25,577 bases of DNA from a virus (lineage: Duplodnaviria > Caudoviricetes). Positions 1 through 7,055 of this stretch are shown here, piece after piece. The translations under genes and the position numbers were made by a program. Positions within the stretch are counted from its first letter, which is position 1; the number at the start of each line of letters is the position of its first letter. The notes beneath the pieces were generated by a model. That model was given only the letters and a program-made list of their open reading frames with translations, searched no databases and was not told where the DNA came from. The stretch is taken from the IMG/VR virus record IMGVR_UViG_3300044724_004329, positions 1-25,577 of that record. One strand, written 5' to 3'.

Positions 1-19
1 TGTGTTATCGATATTACAA

Positions 20-27
20 AATAAATA
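20..27 (+). promoter_or_regulatory. T4-type late promoter candidate (AATAAATA)
   Basis: Matches the NATAAATA late-promoter motif in intergenic DNA. Confidence 0.4.
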
Positions 28-39
28 AAGTTCCATTCG

Positions 40-63
40 GGGGGTCAGACGACCCTCTTTTTT
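40..63 (+). terminator. Rho-independent terminator
   Basis: GGGGGTC-AGAC-GACCCTC hairpin (one G-U pair) followed by T6. Confidence 0.75.
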
Positions 64-68
64 ATGTC

Positions 69-221
69 ATGACAGAACCTCATCTCTCCTGGTACCGACT
101 CCATGAATTTGCCAGAGATCTTGGCAATTATAAGATCACTCATAAAACTGTCACAAGCAAGACTCATCAATCGGAACAGATTGTGATAGAGTATAACCAT
201 CGCATTAAAGACAAACCTTGA
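69..221 (+). CDS. small hypothetical protein (50 aa, MTEPHLSWYRLHEF...EQIVIEYNHRIKDKP); not in ORF track
   Basis: Translated by hand; fills the gap, and its TGA overlaps the next ATG (TGATG at 219-223). Confidence 0.7.
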   Translation: MTEPHLSWYRLHEFARDLGNYKITHKTVTSKTHQSEQIVIEYNHRIKDKP

Positions 222-595
222 TGGATTACTCTGAATATCTTGAGAAGAAACGTGGAGTTTCTGAGGCAAAACAAGCAGCAACACGCTGCTGGGCAGTTGT
301 GATTGGTCACCTTATTCTTCCTCCTGTCTCCTCTCTTTACTACGCAGCGAAGACCAACTTCTGGAAACCCTTCTGGTGGGGAACAGGAGTCGCTGTGGCA
401 TGTGTTCCCTTGTCTCTTGTTGACATGGGCATTACAATGAGTATTGCTCCTCCTCTGACCTCTGGTGCCATTCTGGTGACCAATGCAAAGAGCAAGCGCC
501 GTAAACTTGAGGTCTTTGACCCTGAGCAGGCAGATGCGATCGTTTACGAGCGATCCGCACATGCCCCTTCAGATCCTAATTGGAGAACTAAATGA
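221..595 (+). CDS. hypothetical membrane protein
   Basis: ORF with 2-3 hydrophobic segments; coupled to both neighbours; ATG 221 preferred over TTG 218. Confidence 0.75.
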   Translation: MDYSEYLEKKRGVSEAKQAATRCWAVVIGHLILPPVSSLYYAAKTNFWKPFWWGTGVAVACVPLSLVDMGITMSIAPPLTSGAILVTNAKSKRRKLEVFDPEQADAIVYERSAHAPSDPNWRTK

Positions 596-876
596 AAGAA
601 ACCGTTATCAAGCGACTTGTTGATGCAGTCGAAGCACTCGGATGGGAAGTCGGTGATGACATTGTGGTTGAGGTTGGTGGGACTGCTGTCTCTGGCATTC
701 ACCAACCACCCACTGCTAATCCTCGCTGGTCCACACCATTCGGTGCTCGCAAGTACAATAAGGATGCGTTTATTGTAATTAAAAATCTTGACAGAGATCC
801 ATTCTCTCCCTCGCAACCAAATCCTGATTTGAAACAAGCACATGAGTACACAGGACCCAGCTCCGAAACTAATTGA
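592..876 (+). CDS. cyanophage hypothetical protein
   Basis: 94 aa ORF overlapping the upstream stop; operon-like packing. Confidence 0.75.
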   Translation: MKETVIKRLVDAVEALGWEVGDDIVVEVGGTAVSGIHQPPTANPRWSTPFGARKYNKDAFIVIKNLDRDPFSPSQPNPDLKQAHEYTGPSSETN

Positions 877-1063
877 TGGAATCTTTGAAGTGGTTAAGGG
901 CAGGTTTCTTTATCATTCTTTCGATAAAGAAGGTAAGGGACTTGTCTCTGGACTGACTGAGAATTCGGTTATTAGAACGACACACTTTTATCTAAAGGGA
1001 CTCCAAGAAGGATGGCCCGAACCAGAAAAAACATTTGCAGGAACAGTTGGAGGAAAACTCTAA
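842..1063 (+). CDS. hypothetical protein
   Basis: 73 aa ORF in a tightly packed + strand run. Confidence 0.65.
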   Translation: MSTQDPAPKLIDGIFEVVKGRFLYHSFDKEGKGLVSGLTENSVIRTTHFYLKGLQEGWPEPEKTFAGTVGGKL

Positions 1064-1065
1064 AT

Positions 1066-1239
1066 ATGGAAAAGAAGTTTCCTGTAGAACACGTTATCCT
1101 GGAAGACAAAAAAGAAGTTTGGATGAAAGGAAGTTACATCCTCTCTCTGGGTGCAACTGCCATCCAAAAGAAATACTTTCCAGGATACAAACTCTGCTTT
1201 GCTTCTCAAGAACATTTCGACAAACTTAAGAATCAATGA
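1066..1239 (+). CDS. hypothetical protein (MEKKFPVEHV...)
   Basis: In-frame ATG 1066 of ORF 1012-1239, with GGAGG upstream and just after the previous stop. Confidence 0.7.
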   Translation: MEKKFPVEHVILEDKKEVWMKGSYILSLGATAIQKKYFPGYKLCFASQEHFDKLKNQ

Positions 1240-1472
1240 CCTTCACAGTTTACTCGAAGGACAATTGTCCTTACTGCACCAAGGTTCAACAAGTTCTCCA
1301 GTTGGCAGAACTGCAGCATGTGATTTATAAACTGGACTCGGACTTCACCAGAGAACAATTCAAAAAAGAATTTGGATCTTCATCCACTTTCCCCCAAGTG
1401 GTGGTTGATGAAAAACTTCTCGGTGGATGTACCGAAACTATCAAATATCTCCAAGAAAACAATTTGGTCTAA
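1236..1472 (+). CDS. nrdC: glutaredoxin (T4 NrdC-like)
   Basis: CPYC active site, TFPQV cis-Pro motif and GG motif; 78 aa. Confidence 0.93.
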   Translation: MTFTVYSKDNCPYCTKVQQVLQLAELQHVIYKLDSDFTREQFKKEFGSSSTFPQVVVDEKLLGGCTETIKYLQENNLV

Positions 1473-1834
1473 TGGAACAAGCAGAACTCTACACTCTCTT
1501 TGGAACAGTTGAAGAGGCAATTGATTTTGCATTTGAAGGTAAGTATGTCTTGGACATGTATGCTTATTTGAAGAGTTCTAAGGCAACAAAGCGTGACACT
1601 GAGGCATTTATTAACAGTGACACTGCAAACGAAATCAATAGTCTGATCTTAGATCTGGAGGATTATCTGGAAGGTGGATCAGACTCTGAGCATAAGCAAC
1701 TCAGAGAAGCTTATGGTTACCTTGGTAAACCAGAGGCAAGAAAGATCAAGAATTACCTTTATAAGATCCTTGAAGATGCATGGAAGTATGAACAAGAGCG
1801 AAGACCTGGAAGACGAAGAAAGGTTTCTAAATAA
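1472..1834 (+). CDS. conserved cyanophage hypothetical protein
   Basis: TAATG coupling with glutaredoxin; contains LREAYGYLGKPEARKIKNYL and a basic C-terminus. Confidence 0.8.
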   Translation: MEQAELYTLFGTVEEAIDFAFEGKYVLDMYAYLKSSKATKRDTEAFINSDTANEINSLILDLEDYLEGGSDSEHKQLREAYGYLGKPEARKIKNYLYKILEDAWKYEQERRPGRRRKVSK

Positions 1835-2015
1835 CGATAACGAAGACGAACCGAAAGTTAATCGGGGAGTCGAGTTGATTCTAAGAAACAAAAACAGGAG
1901 AAGAGAGGAACCCAAAACTTTTCAGTTGAAGTTTGGGAAGATGTTATCTCTCTTCAAGAGGGAGATCCATTTTCTTATTGACTTCCAACTGGATTTCAAA
2001 AGGAAACGATCTTAG
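1788..2015 (+). CDS. hypothetical protein (start uncertain)
   Basis: 3' part of ORF 1674-2015 fills the 1834-2025 gap; true start unclear. Confidence 0.55.
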   Translation: MNKSEDLEDEERFLNNDNEDEPKVNRGVELILRNKNRRREEPKTFQLKFGKMLSLFKREIHFLIDFQLDFKRKRS

Positions 2016-2024
2016 GAGAAATCA

Positions 2025-2252
2025 ATGGAAGCACTGGTAATTACACTCACGTTGTCTGTTGTAATTTCATTCATGTTCTTCCTTGTAGGGGGTATGATTG
2101 GTTGGTTGGCACGAGACTATGTGTTTCGGAAACAAACAGAGTTTGTTCCAACTCATCCAGAGATGTTCGATGAAAACGGACAGTTTATTCCTGAAGAAGT
2201 CATGTCGATTAGGTTTGAGAACCCAGAAGACTTTCATTATGAAGACGAATAA
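2025..2252 (+). CDS. membrane-anchored hypothetical protein
   Basis: AGGAG RBS; N-terminal TM helix; HPEMFDENG motif typical of cyanomyophage core genes. Confidence 0.8.
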   Translation: MEALVITLTLSVVISFMFFLVGGMIGWLARDYVFRKQTEFVPTHPEMFDENGQFIPEEVMSIRFENPEDFHYEDE

Positions 2253-2299
2253 ACAAACACATTTAAATCAAGTAAACTGAACTTAGAGATTCTACAATT

Positions 2300-2854
2300 A
2301 TGGCCACGACGACAAAAGATCTTGATGCGACTCCTAAGAGGAGAACACCTGCTAAAAAGACCACTGCTAAGAAAGCAGCACCAGCGACTCAGGCGGAAAC
2401 TCCTCTGAAGAAACTTCCTCCCAACCCTTTCATGTCTGAGATCCTTGATCTTGCAAGCAAGCAAAGAACCAATGCTAAGAAGGTTGAGGTTCTGAAGACT
2501 TATTCAACTGATGCGCTGAAAGCGATTCTGATTTGGAACTTCGATGAGAGTGTCATCTCTCTTCTGCCCGAGGGTGAGGTTCCTTATGAGAAGAATGATG
2601 TTCCCATCGGAACTGACCACACTTCTCTTCGAAAGGAGTGGAAGAATCTGTATCACTTTATCAAAGGTGGTAACGATTCATTGTCTGGTCTCCGTCGTGA
2701 GAGCATGTTCATTCAGATGCTTGAGGGTCTTCATCCTCAGGAAGCAGATATTCTGTGCCTGGCAAAGGATAAGAATCTTGAGCGTCTTTACAAGATTCCT
2801 TTTGGTGTTGTTGAGGAAGCATTCCCCGACATCCAATGGGGTGGACGTAGTTAA
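2300..2854 (+). CDS. conserved T4-like phage hypothetical protein (DUF6433-like)
   Basis: Lys/Ala-rich N-terminus; LPEGEVPY and RRESMFIQMLEGLHPQEA motifs. Confidence 0.8.
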   Translation: MATTTKDLDATPKRRTPAKKTTAKKAAPATQAETPLKKLPPNPFMSEILDLASKQRTNAKKVEVLKTYSTDALKAILIWNFDESVISLLPEGEVPYEKNDVPIGTDHTSLRKEWKNLYHFIKGGNDSLSGLRRESMFIQMLEGLHPQEADILCLAKDKNLERLYKIPFGVVEEAFPDIQWGGRS

Positions 2855-3117
2855 TGTCCATAATTGTCTTACATGAGAACTGTGACCCATCCTTAGCAAA
2901 CGATCGAAGTCTTCCTTACACCGCTTATCTGGTGACTTATGAGAAGGATGGAAAAACTTGTTATGACATTACCATGTGTGGCAAGAAAGTTGAACTGTTT
3001 GATTATTACTGGGATCAGTACAGAGAGGGGTTGAAAACCTTCAAGCAATCAGAAGGAAGAGTCAACCCCAAAACCTGGGAGAATCCTGCTAAGTCTAAAG
3101 GAAAGAAAAAAGCATGA
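2854..3117 (+). CDS. cyanophage hypothetical protein
   Basis: 87 aa; TAATG coupling to the upstream gene. Confidence 0.8.
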   Translation: MSIIVLHENCDPSLANDRSLPYTAYLVTYEKDGKTCYDITMCGKKVELFDYYWDQYREGLKTFKQSEGRVNPKTWENPAKSKGKKKA

Positions 3118-3308
3118 GTGGATTTGGTGATTACAACGTGGAGTTTGAAGGTCTGGACATGAACAGTGACCAGGTTCAAGCACTTGTCAAGAAGTATAAG
3201 AAACTCAAGAAGTATCAGAGGTCCAGTCTCTTTGCAGTTAAGACCATGGATGGAACAGAGGATGTCATCTCTAAGATGATTGAGGAAGCAAAGGAAGCAA
3301 ATTTGTAA
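3114..3308 (+). CDS. hypothetical protein
   Basis: 64 aa; ATGA overlap with the upstream stop. Confidence 0.75.
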   Translation: MSGFGDYNVEFEGLDMNSDQVQALVKKYKKLKKYQRSSLFAVKTMDGTEDVISKMIEEAKEANL

Positions 3309-3313
3309 CAAAT

Positions 3314-3343
3314 TTGACTAAATAATATTACTGGTGTTATAAT
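3314..3343 (+). promoter_or_regulatory. sigma70-type promoter driving the riboswitch leader
   Basis: TTGACT (3314-3319), 18 bp spacer, extended TGnTATAAT (3335-3343); predicted +1 near 3350, the first base of the aptamer; CTAAATA at 3318-3324 overlaps it. Confidence 0.8.
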
Positions 3344-3349
3344 ACACCT

Positions 3350-3643
3350 ATCGTTCATCACATTCGCTGTTTGCGAATAGCGAATGAGACGCAAGTAAGT
3401 CGCGGAACGGATCGTTCAGATTATGGTTGATTTTCTCATCTTTTTGAATCTAATCACTCAAAGAGCACCTGTTGACCCAGAATATTATTTGTCTTGTGAG
3501 CAGTCAGCATGGATGAGAGAAAGAATCTTACGTTCAGAGTTGCTTGATGCTGGCCAAAAGCTAGACTTTGTGACAAGAACATGGGAAGGAACAGATCCTT
3601 CCTGTAAAGAAGACCATAATCCGCAAACGACTGAAGGAACGGG
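3350..3643 (+). ncRNA. double glutamine riboswitch (glnA / Downstream-peptide-like), second unit with an ~185-nt insertion
   Basis: Two ATCGTTCA...CGCAA...GGAACGG units; hairpin 3361-3386; AGTA/GAA E-loop-like strands; AGTCG (3398-3402) pairs with CGACT (3628-3632); GATTATGGTT (3419-3428) pairs with GACCATAATC (3612-3621); YRG peptide downstream. Confidence 0.82.
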
Positions 3644-3710
3644 GCCTAAAAATCTCATTCTTCAGGAGCAAAATCATGAACACTCTCAACCTGATTCGTC
3701 AGCAGATTAA
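3423..3710 (+). CDS. hypothetical protein encoded inside the riboswitch
   Basis: 95 aa ORF with hydrophobic N-terminus and Cys25/Cys61; ATG lies inside the aptamer stem. Confidence 0.6.
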   Translation: MVDFLIFLNLITQRAPVDPEYYLSCEQSAWMRERILRSELLDAGQKLDFVTRTWEGTDPSCKEDHNPQTTEGTGPKNLILQEQNHEHSQPDSSAD

Positions 3711-3843
3711 AAAAGCATCTGCACTGCACGATGCACAGATTCATGCCACCTCTTATCGTGGTATCGAGTACAGTCTGTGCGGTCACGAGCCCTCTGAGAC
3801 TCACGGAACCTTTTGTTATCGCGGACACACTTACAACAAGTGA
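3676..3843 (+). CDS. DUF4278-like 'downstream peptide' (55 aa); not in ORF track
   Basis: MNTLNLIRQQIKKASALHDAQIHATSYRGIEY...TFCYRGHTYNK; two YRG motifs; AGGAG RBS at 3664-3668; directly after a glutamine riboswitch. Confidence 0.85.
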   Translation: MNTLNLIRQQIKKASALHDAQIHATSYRGIEYSLCGHEPSETHGTFCYRGHTYNK

Positions 3844-3872
3844 TTGTCTTCACATTTGATTAGTGTTATAAT
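3844..3872 (+). promoter_or_regulatory. sigma70-type promoter
   Basis: TTGTCT (3844-3849), 17 bp spacer, TGnTATAAT (3864-3872). Confidence 0.65.
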
Positions 3873-3897
3873 GGGAGGAGAGATCCTCCCTTTTTTT
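3873..3897 (+). terminator. Rho-independent terminator closing the riboswitch transcript
   Basis: Perfect GGGAGGA-GAGA-TCCTCCC stem with GNRA loop, followed by T7. Confidence 0.85.
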
Positions 3898-4065
3898 ATG
3901 GAAAAAGATAAACTCAAACTTATTGTGAGGAACCTTAAACTCCTGGTCGATGCTTTGGAGTCTGAGGTCTACTCAGATGTTGAAGCATACAAATCAGATT
4001 ACCAATCACCAAAAATTTCAGATTACGACGAGGTATGGGACGATGACGACGGGTACCCTGACTGA
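3898..4065 (+). CDS. conserved cyanophage hypothetical protein (acidic C-terminus)
   Basis: MEKDKLKLIVRNLKLLVDALESEVYSD...DDDDGYPD; in-frame ATG of ORF 3844-4065. Confidence 0.75.
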   Translation: MEKDKLKLIVRNLKLLVDALESEVYSDVEAYKSDYQSPKISDYDEVWDDDDGYPD

Positions 4066-4291
4066 TTGGAGATACTCCGATAAGAGAATGAAACTCAGAG
4101 AGGAGGTTCTCGGCATTCTCCTAAAGAATTATGGAAGTGATCTAAATGAAGATGGGTCACCTAAGTATTCTAATGAATCCATTTATGAGTGTGCTCATGA
4201 TTGGGTCTCTCAAGGTAATGAAATAAGTGCTGGGGTGATTGCCTTCTACAAAGCTTATTACACTGATTACGGAAATTACAGAAATGTATGA
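4043..4291 (+). CDS. hypothetical protein (start 4043 or 4088)
   Basis: 3' part of ORF 3950-4291; SIYECAHDWVSQG motif. Confidence 0.7.
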   Translation: MTTGTLTDWRYSDKRMKLREEVLGILLKNYGSDLNEDGSPKYSNESIYECAHDWVSQGNEISAGVIAFYKAYYTDYGNYRNV

Positions 4292-4451
4292 TGATTTGGA
4301 TTCATTTGAGCGAGCTCTGATGCATTTTGGAACTCGCATCGAAGTTATTGTTGCCTTGGAAATTGGTGATAAAATAGATTCTGAGACCGCTTATCAAATG
4401 ATTAAGACAGAATTGAAAGCACTAAAGAAGATTCGTAAAGAAAACAAATGA
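4284..4451 (+). CDS. small hypothetical protein (MYDDLDSFERAL...)
   Basis: In-frame ATG of ORF 4239-4451; overlaps both neighbours. Confidence 0.75.
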   Translation: MYDDLDSFERALMHFGTRIEVIVALEIGDKIDSETAYQMIKTELKALKKIRKENK

Positions 4452-5089
4452 ATGTAAAACTGATTTCATGTACACCAGACGCAGAGAAGCAAGTGGCTTA
4501 CTGTGCAAGGGTTTCTAATCCAGCAAATCAAGACAACGATAATTATGCTGGACTTCTTCGTTACTGCATCAAACACAAGCACTGGAGCATCTTTGAGCAA
4601 GCGTTCATGACTCTGGAGATTGAAACCACTCGTGGACTGGCGGCTCAAATTTTGCGCCACCGTTCGTTCACATATCAAGAGTTCTCCCAACGTTATGCTG
4701 ATTCTTCCCTACTCTCCGAGGCGATCCCCATTCCAGAACTGCGACGCCAAGACACCAAGAATCGTCAAAACTCTATTGATGATGTGGATCCCCAACTGAC
4801 TCATCATTATCGTCTCAAGATGAAGGATCATTTTGATCAATCGATGAAACTTTATCAGGAGATGTTGGATGATGGGATTGCTAAAGAGTGCGCTCGATTT
4901 GTGCTTCCTCTTGCTTGTCCCACTCGTCTTTATATGTCAGGTTCTCTCCGTTCCTGGTTGCACTACATTGACCTGAGATCTGCCAATGGAACTCAGAGGG
5001 AACACATGGACATTGCCCTTGAGTGCAAACGCATCTTTACCGAACAGTTCCCAGTGATTGCTGAGGCTGCTTGGGGAGAAACTAAATAG
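4448..5089 (+). CDS. thyX: FAD-dependent thymidylate synthase ThyX
   Basis: ThyX signature RHRSFTYQEFSQRY; also HWSIFE and KECARFVLP. Confidence 0.95.
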   Translation: MNVKLISCTPDAEKQVAYCARVSNPANQDNDNYAGLLRYCIKHKHWSIFEQAFMTLEIETTRGLAAQILRHRSFTYQEFSQRYADSSLLSEAIPIPELRRQDTKNRQNSIDDVDPQLTHHYRLKMKDHFDQSMKLYQEMLDDGIAKECARFVLPLACPTRLYMSGSLRSWLHYIDLRSANGTQREHMDIALECKRIFTEQFPVIAEAAWGETK

Positions 5090-5108
5090 ACCTACACATT
5101 ATTTTCAC

Positions 5109-5360
5109 ATGGCAACTTATCCAGTAAAGAATAAAGAAACTGGTGAAACCAAAGAAGTGATCATGAGCATTCATGATTGGGACCAGTGGTTGAAAGATAA
5201 TCCAGACTGGGAGCGTTATTACACACCAGATAATGCTCCATGTCTTGGCGTTGAGATGGGGGATCCCTTCAGTAAGATTTACACCAAACATCCAGGATGG
5301 AAAGATGTAATCGGTAAGGCTAAGAAACAACCAGGAAGCACACTCAAACATTACGACTAA
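5109..5360 (+). CDS. conserved hypothetical protein preceding phoH
   Basis: MATYPVKNKETGETKEV...PGWKDVI; CTAAATA at 5082-5088 upstream. Confidence 0.8.
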   Translation: MATYPVKNKETGETKEVIMSIHDWDQWLKDNPDWERYYTPDNAPCLGVEMGDPFSKIYTKHPGWKDVIGKAKKQPGSTLKHYD

Positions 5361-5363
5361 TCG

Positions 5364-6128
5364 ATGCCAACAAGAAAAGCAAAAGCAGGTATTACGACTA
5401 ACCCTGTTCCTTTCGGAATGAGTAACAAAACAATGAAGAGAAAGAAGCCGATCAATCTTGATTACATGAAGAAGATCGAACCTCTCACTGAGAATCAGGA
5501 GAAGTTCTTCGACAGTTACAAGTTGGACAAAAACCTGGTTGCTTACGGGTGTGCAGGAACAGGTAAGACATTTATCACACTTTACAATGCGATTAGAGAG
5601 GTTCTGGACCCCAAGTCCCCTTACGAAAAGATTTATATCGTTAGGTCTCTTGTCGCTACCCGTGAAATTGGTTTTCTTCCTGGTGATCATGAAGACAAAT
5701 CTTCCCTTTACCAAATTCCTTACAAGAATATGGTAAAATACATGTTCGAGATGCCTGATGACGCAGCGTTTGAAATGCTGTATAATAATCTGAAGGCCCA
5801 GGGAACGATTAGTTTCTGGAGCACCTCGTTCATTCGTGGAACCACCTTCGATAATGCTATAATCATTGTTGATGAGTTCCAAAACCTGAACTTCCACGAA
5901 CTCGATTCCATCATTACCAGAATTGGTATTGATTCCAAGATCATGTTCTGCGGTGACGCAACTCAAACAGACTTGGTGAAGACAACTGAGAAGACTGGCA
6001 TTATGGACTTCATGAGAATCATCCAGAACATGCCTTCCTTTGACGTTGTTGAATTCCAAGCAGAGGACATCTGCAGAAGTGGATTGGTGAAGGAATACAT
6101 TATGGCTAAATTACAACTTGGTTTATGA
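5364..6128 (+). CDS. phoH: PhoH-like ATPase
   Basis: Walker A GCAGTGKT, IGFLPG, FIRG, Walker B IIVDEFQN, CGDATQTD. Confidence 0.96.
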   Translation: MPTRKAKAGITTNPVPFGMSNKTMKRKKPINLDYMKKIEPLTENQEKFFDSYKLDKNLVAYGCAGTGKTFITLYNAIREVLDPKSPYEKIYIVRSLVATREIGFLPGDHEDKSSLYQIPYKNMVKYMFEMPDDAAFEMLYNNLKAQGTISFWSTSFIRGTTFDNAIIIVDEFQNLNFHELDSIITRIGIDSKIMFCGDATQTDLVKTTEKTGIMDFMRIIQNMPSFDVVEFQAEDICRSGLVKEYIMAKLQLGL

Positions 6129-6793
6129 CCTTTGAACATGTAGAGATCGAAATCCCAAGACTCGAAAGACAAACCATTGATGGTGTTCGTTATTACGACG
6201 CACCCAATGGACAGAAGTTGGTTTCGATCACTTCTGTTATCAGTCACATCAAACGTGAGTTCTTCAAGGACTGGAGAGCGCGGGTTGGAGAGGATGAAGC
6301 AAACAGAATTACCAAGGCAGCAACAAGTCGGGGGACCGACATGCACACCTTGACTGAATGTTACCTCCTCAACAAAGAACTTCCTGAAGTTCAACCCCTC
6401 TCACAATTCTTGTTCATGCAGGCAAAACCAAAGTTGAATGAGATTGATAACATTCATGCCATTGAGAAGTCACTTTACAGTTTAGAACTTGGCATTGCTG
6501 GGACCGTGGACTGCATCGCAGAACACAATGGTGAACTTGCCATTATTGACTTCAAGACTTCGAAGAAACCCAAACCTCGTGAGTGGATTGATGATTATTT
6601 CGTTCAGTGTGCAGCATATGCCTGTATGCTTTTCGAATTAACTGGTATAATCGTTAAGAAGTTTGTGATTATTATGTCCTGTGAGGACGGAGAATGCGTT
6701 GTTTATGAAGAGTACGACAAGAGAAAGTACATCCAACTTCTCTCGAAGTATATTAGAGAGTTTGTTGAATTCAAGTTACGAGAGTATGTCTAA
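6125..6793 (+). CDS. PD-(D/E)XK exonuclease
   Basis: SITSV, RGTDMH, GTVDCI, IIDFKTS, QCAAYA motifs; usual position after phoH. Confidence 0.9.
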   Translation: MTFEHVEIEIPRLERQTIDGVRYYDAPNGQKLVSITSVISHIKREFFKDWRARVGEDEANRITKAATSRGTDMHTLTECYLLNKELPEVQPLSQFLFMQAKPKLNEIDNIHAIEKSLYSLELGIAGTVDCIAEHNGELAIIDFKTSKKPKPREWIDDYFVQCAAYACMLFELTGIIVKKFVIIMSCEDGECVVYEEYDKRKYIQLLSKYIREFVEFKLREYV

Positions 6794-7055
6794 GTCAGAA
6801 GAACAAAATCTCGAAGAACTGTTTGAGAACAAGTTTTATTGTTCCCGAAAGTTTACTCAAGAGATCGAAACGATTGCTCACACCAATGAGGGAATGAGTT
6901 ACATCGATGCGATCGTGTTCTTCTGCGAAAAAAATAATGTCGATGTTGAATCGATTCCTAAGTTGATTTCCAAACCGCTAAAGGATAAAATTAAAGCGGA
7001 GGCAATGGAACTCAATCTTCTCCGTCGCACATCTCACGCCAAGTTGCCTCTGTGA
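6786..7055 (+). CDS. gp33: late transcription co-activator gp33
   Basis: SYIDAIVFFCEKN...LKDKIKAEAMELNLL; adjacent to gp59 and gp32. Confidence 0.9.
   Translation: MSKSEEQNLEELFENKFYCSRKFTQEIETIAHTNEGMSYIDAIVFFCEKNNVDVESIPKLISKPLKDKIKAEAMELNLLRRTSHAKLPL

Noticed and set aside
45-562. Minus-strand ORFs 45-284 and 167-562
   Set aside because: Antisense to coupled plus-strand genes; no supporting motifs.
3361-3386. Hairpin considered as a tRNA fragment or terminator
   Set aside because: No cloverleaf or T-arm and no U-tract; it fits the variable stem of aptamer 1.
5082-6059. 325-aa minus-strand ORF
   Set aside because: Antisense shadow of phoH and its upstream gene; no recognisable motifs; explained by sense-strand codon bias.
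6125-6793. Cas4-like nuclease suggesting a CRISPR system
   Set aside because: No repeat-spacer array or other cas genes seen; lacks the Cas4 four-Cys cluster; it sits at the usual core exonuclease position after phoH.
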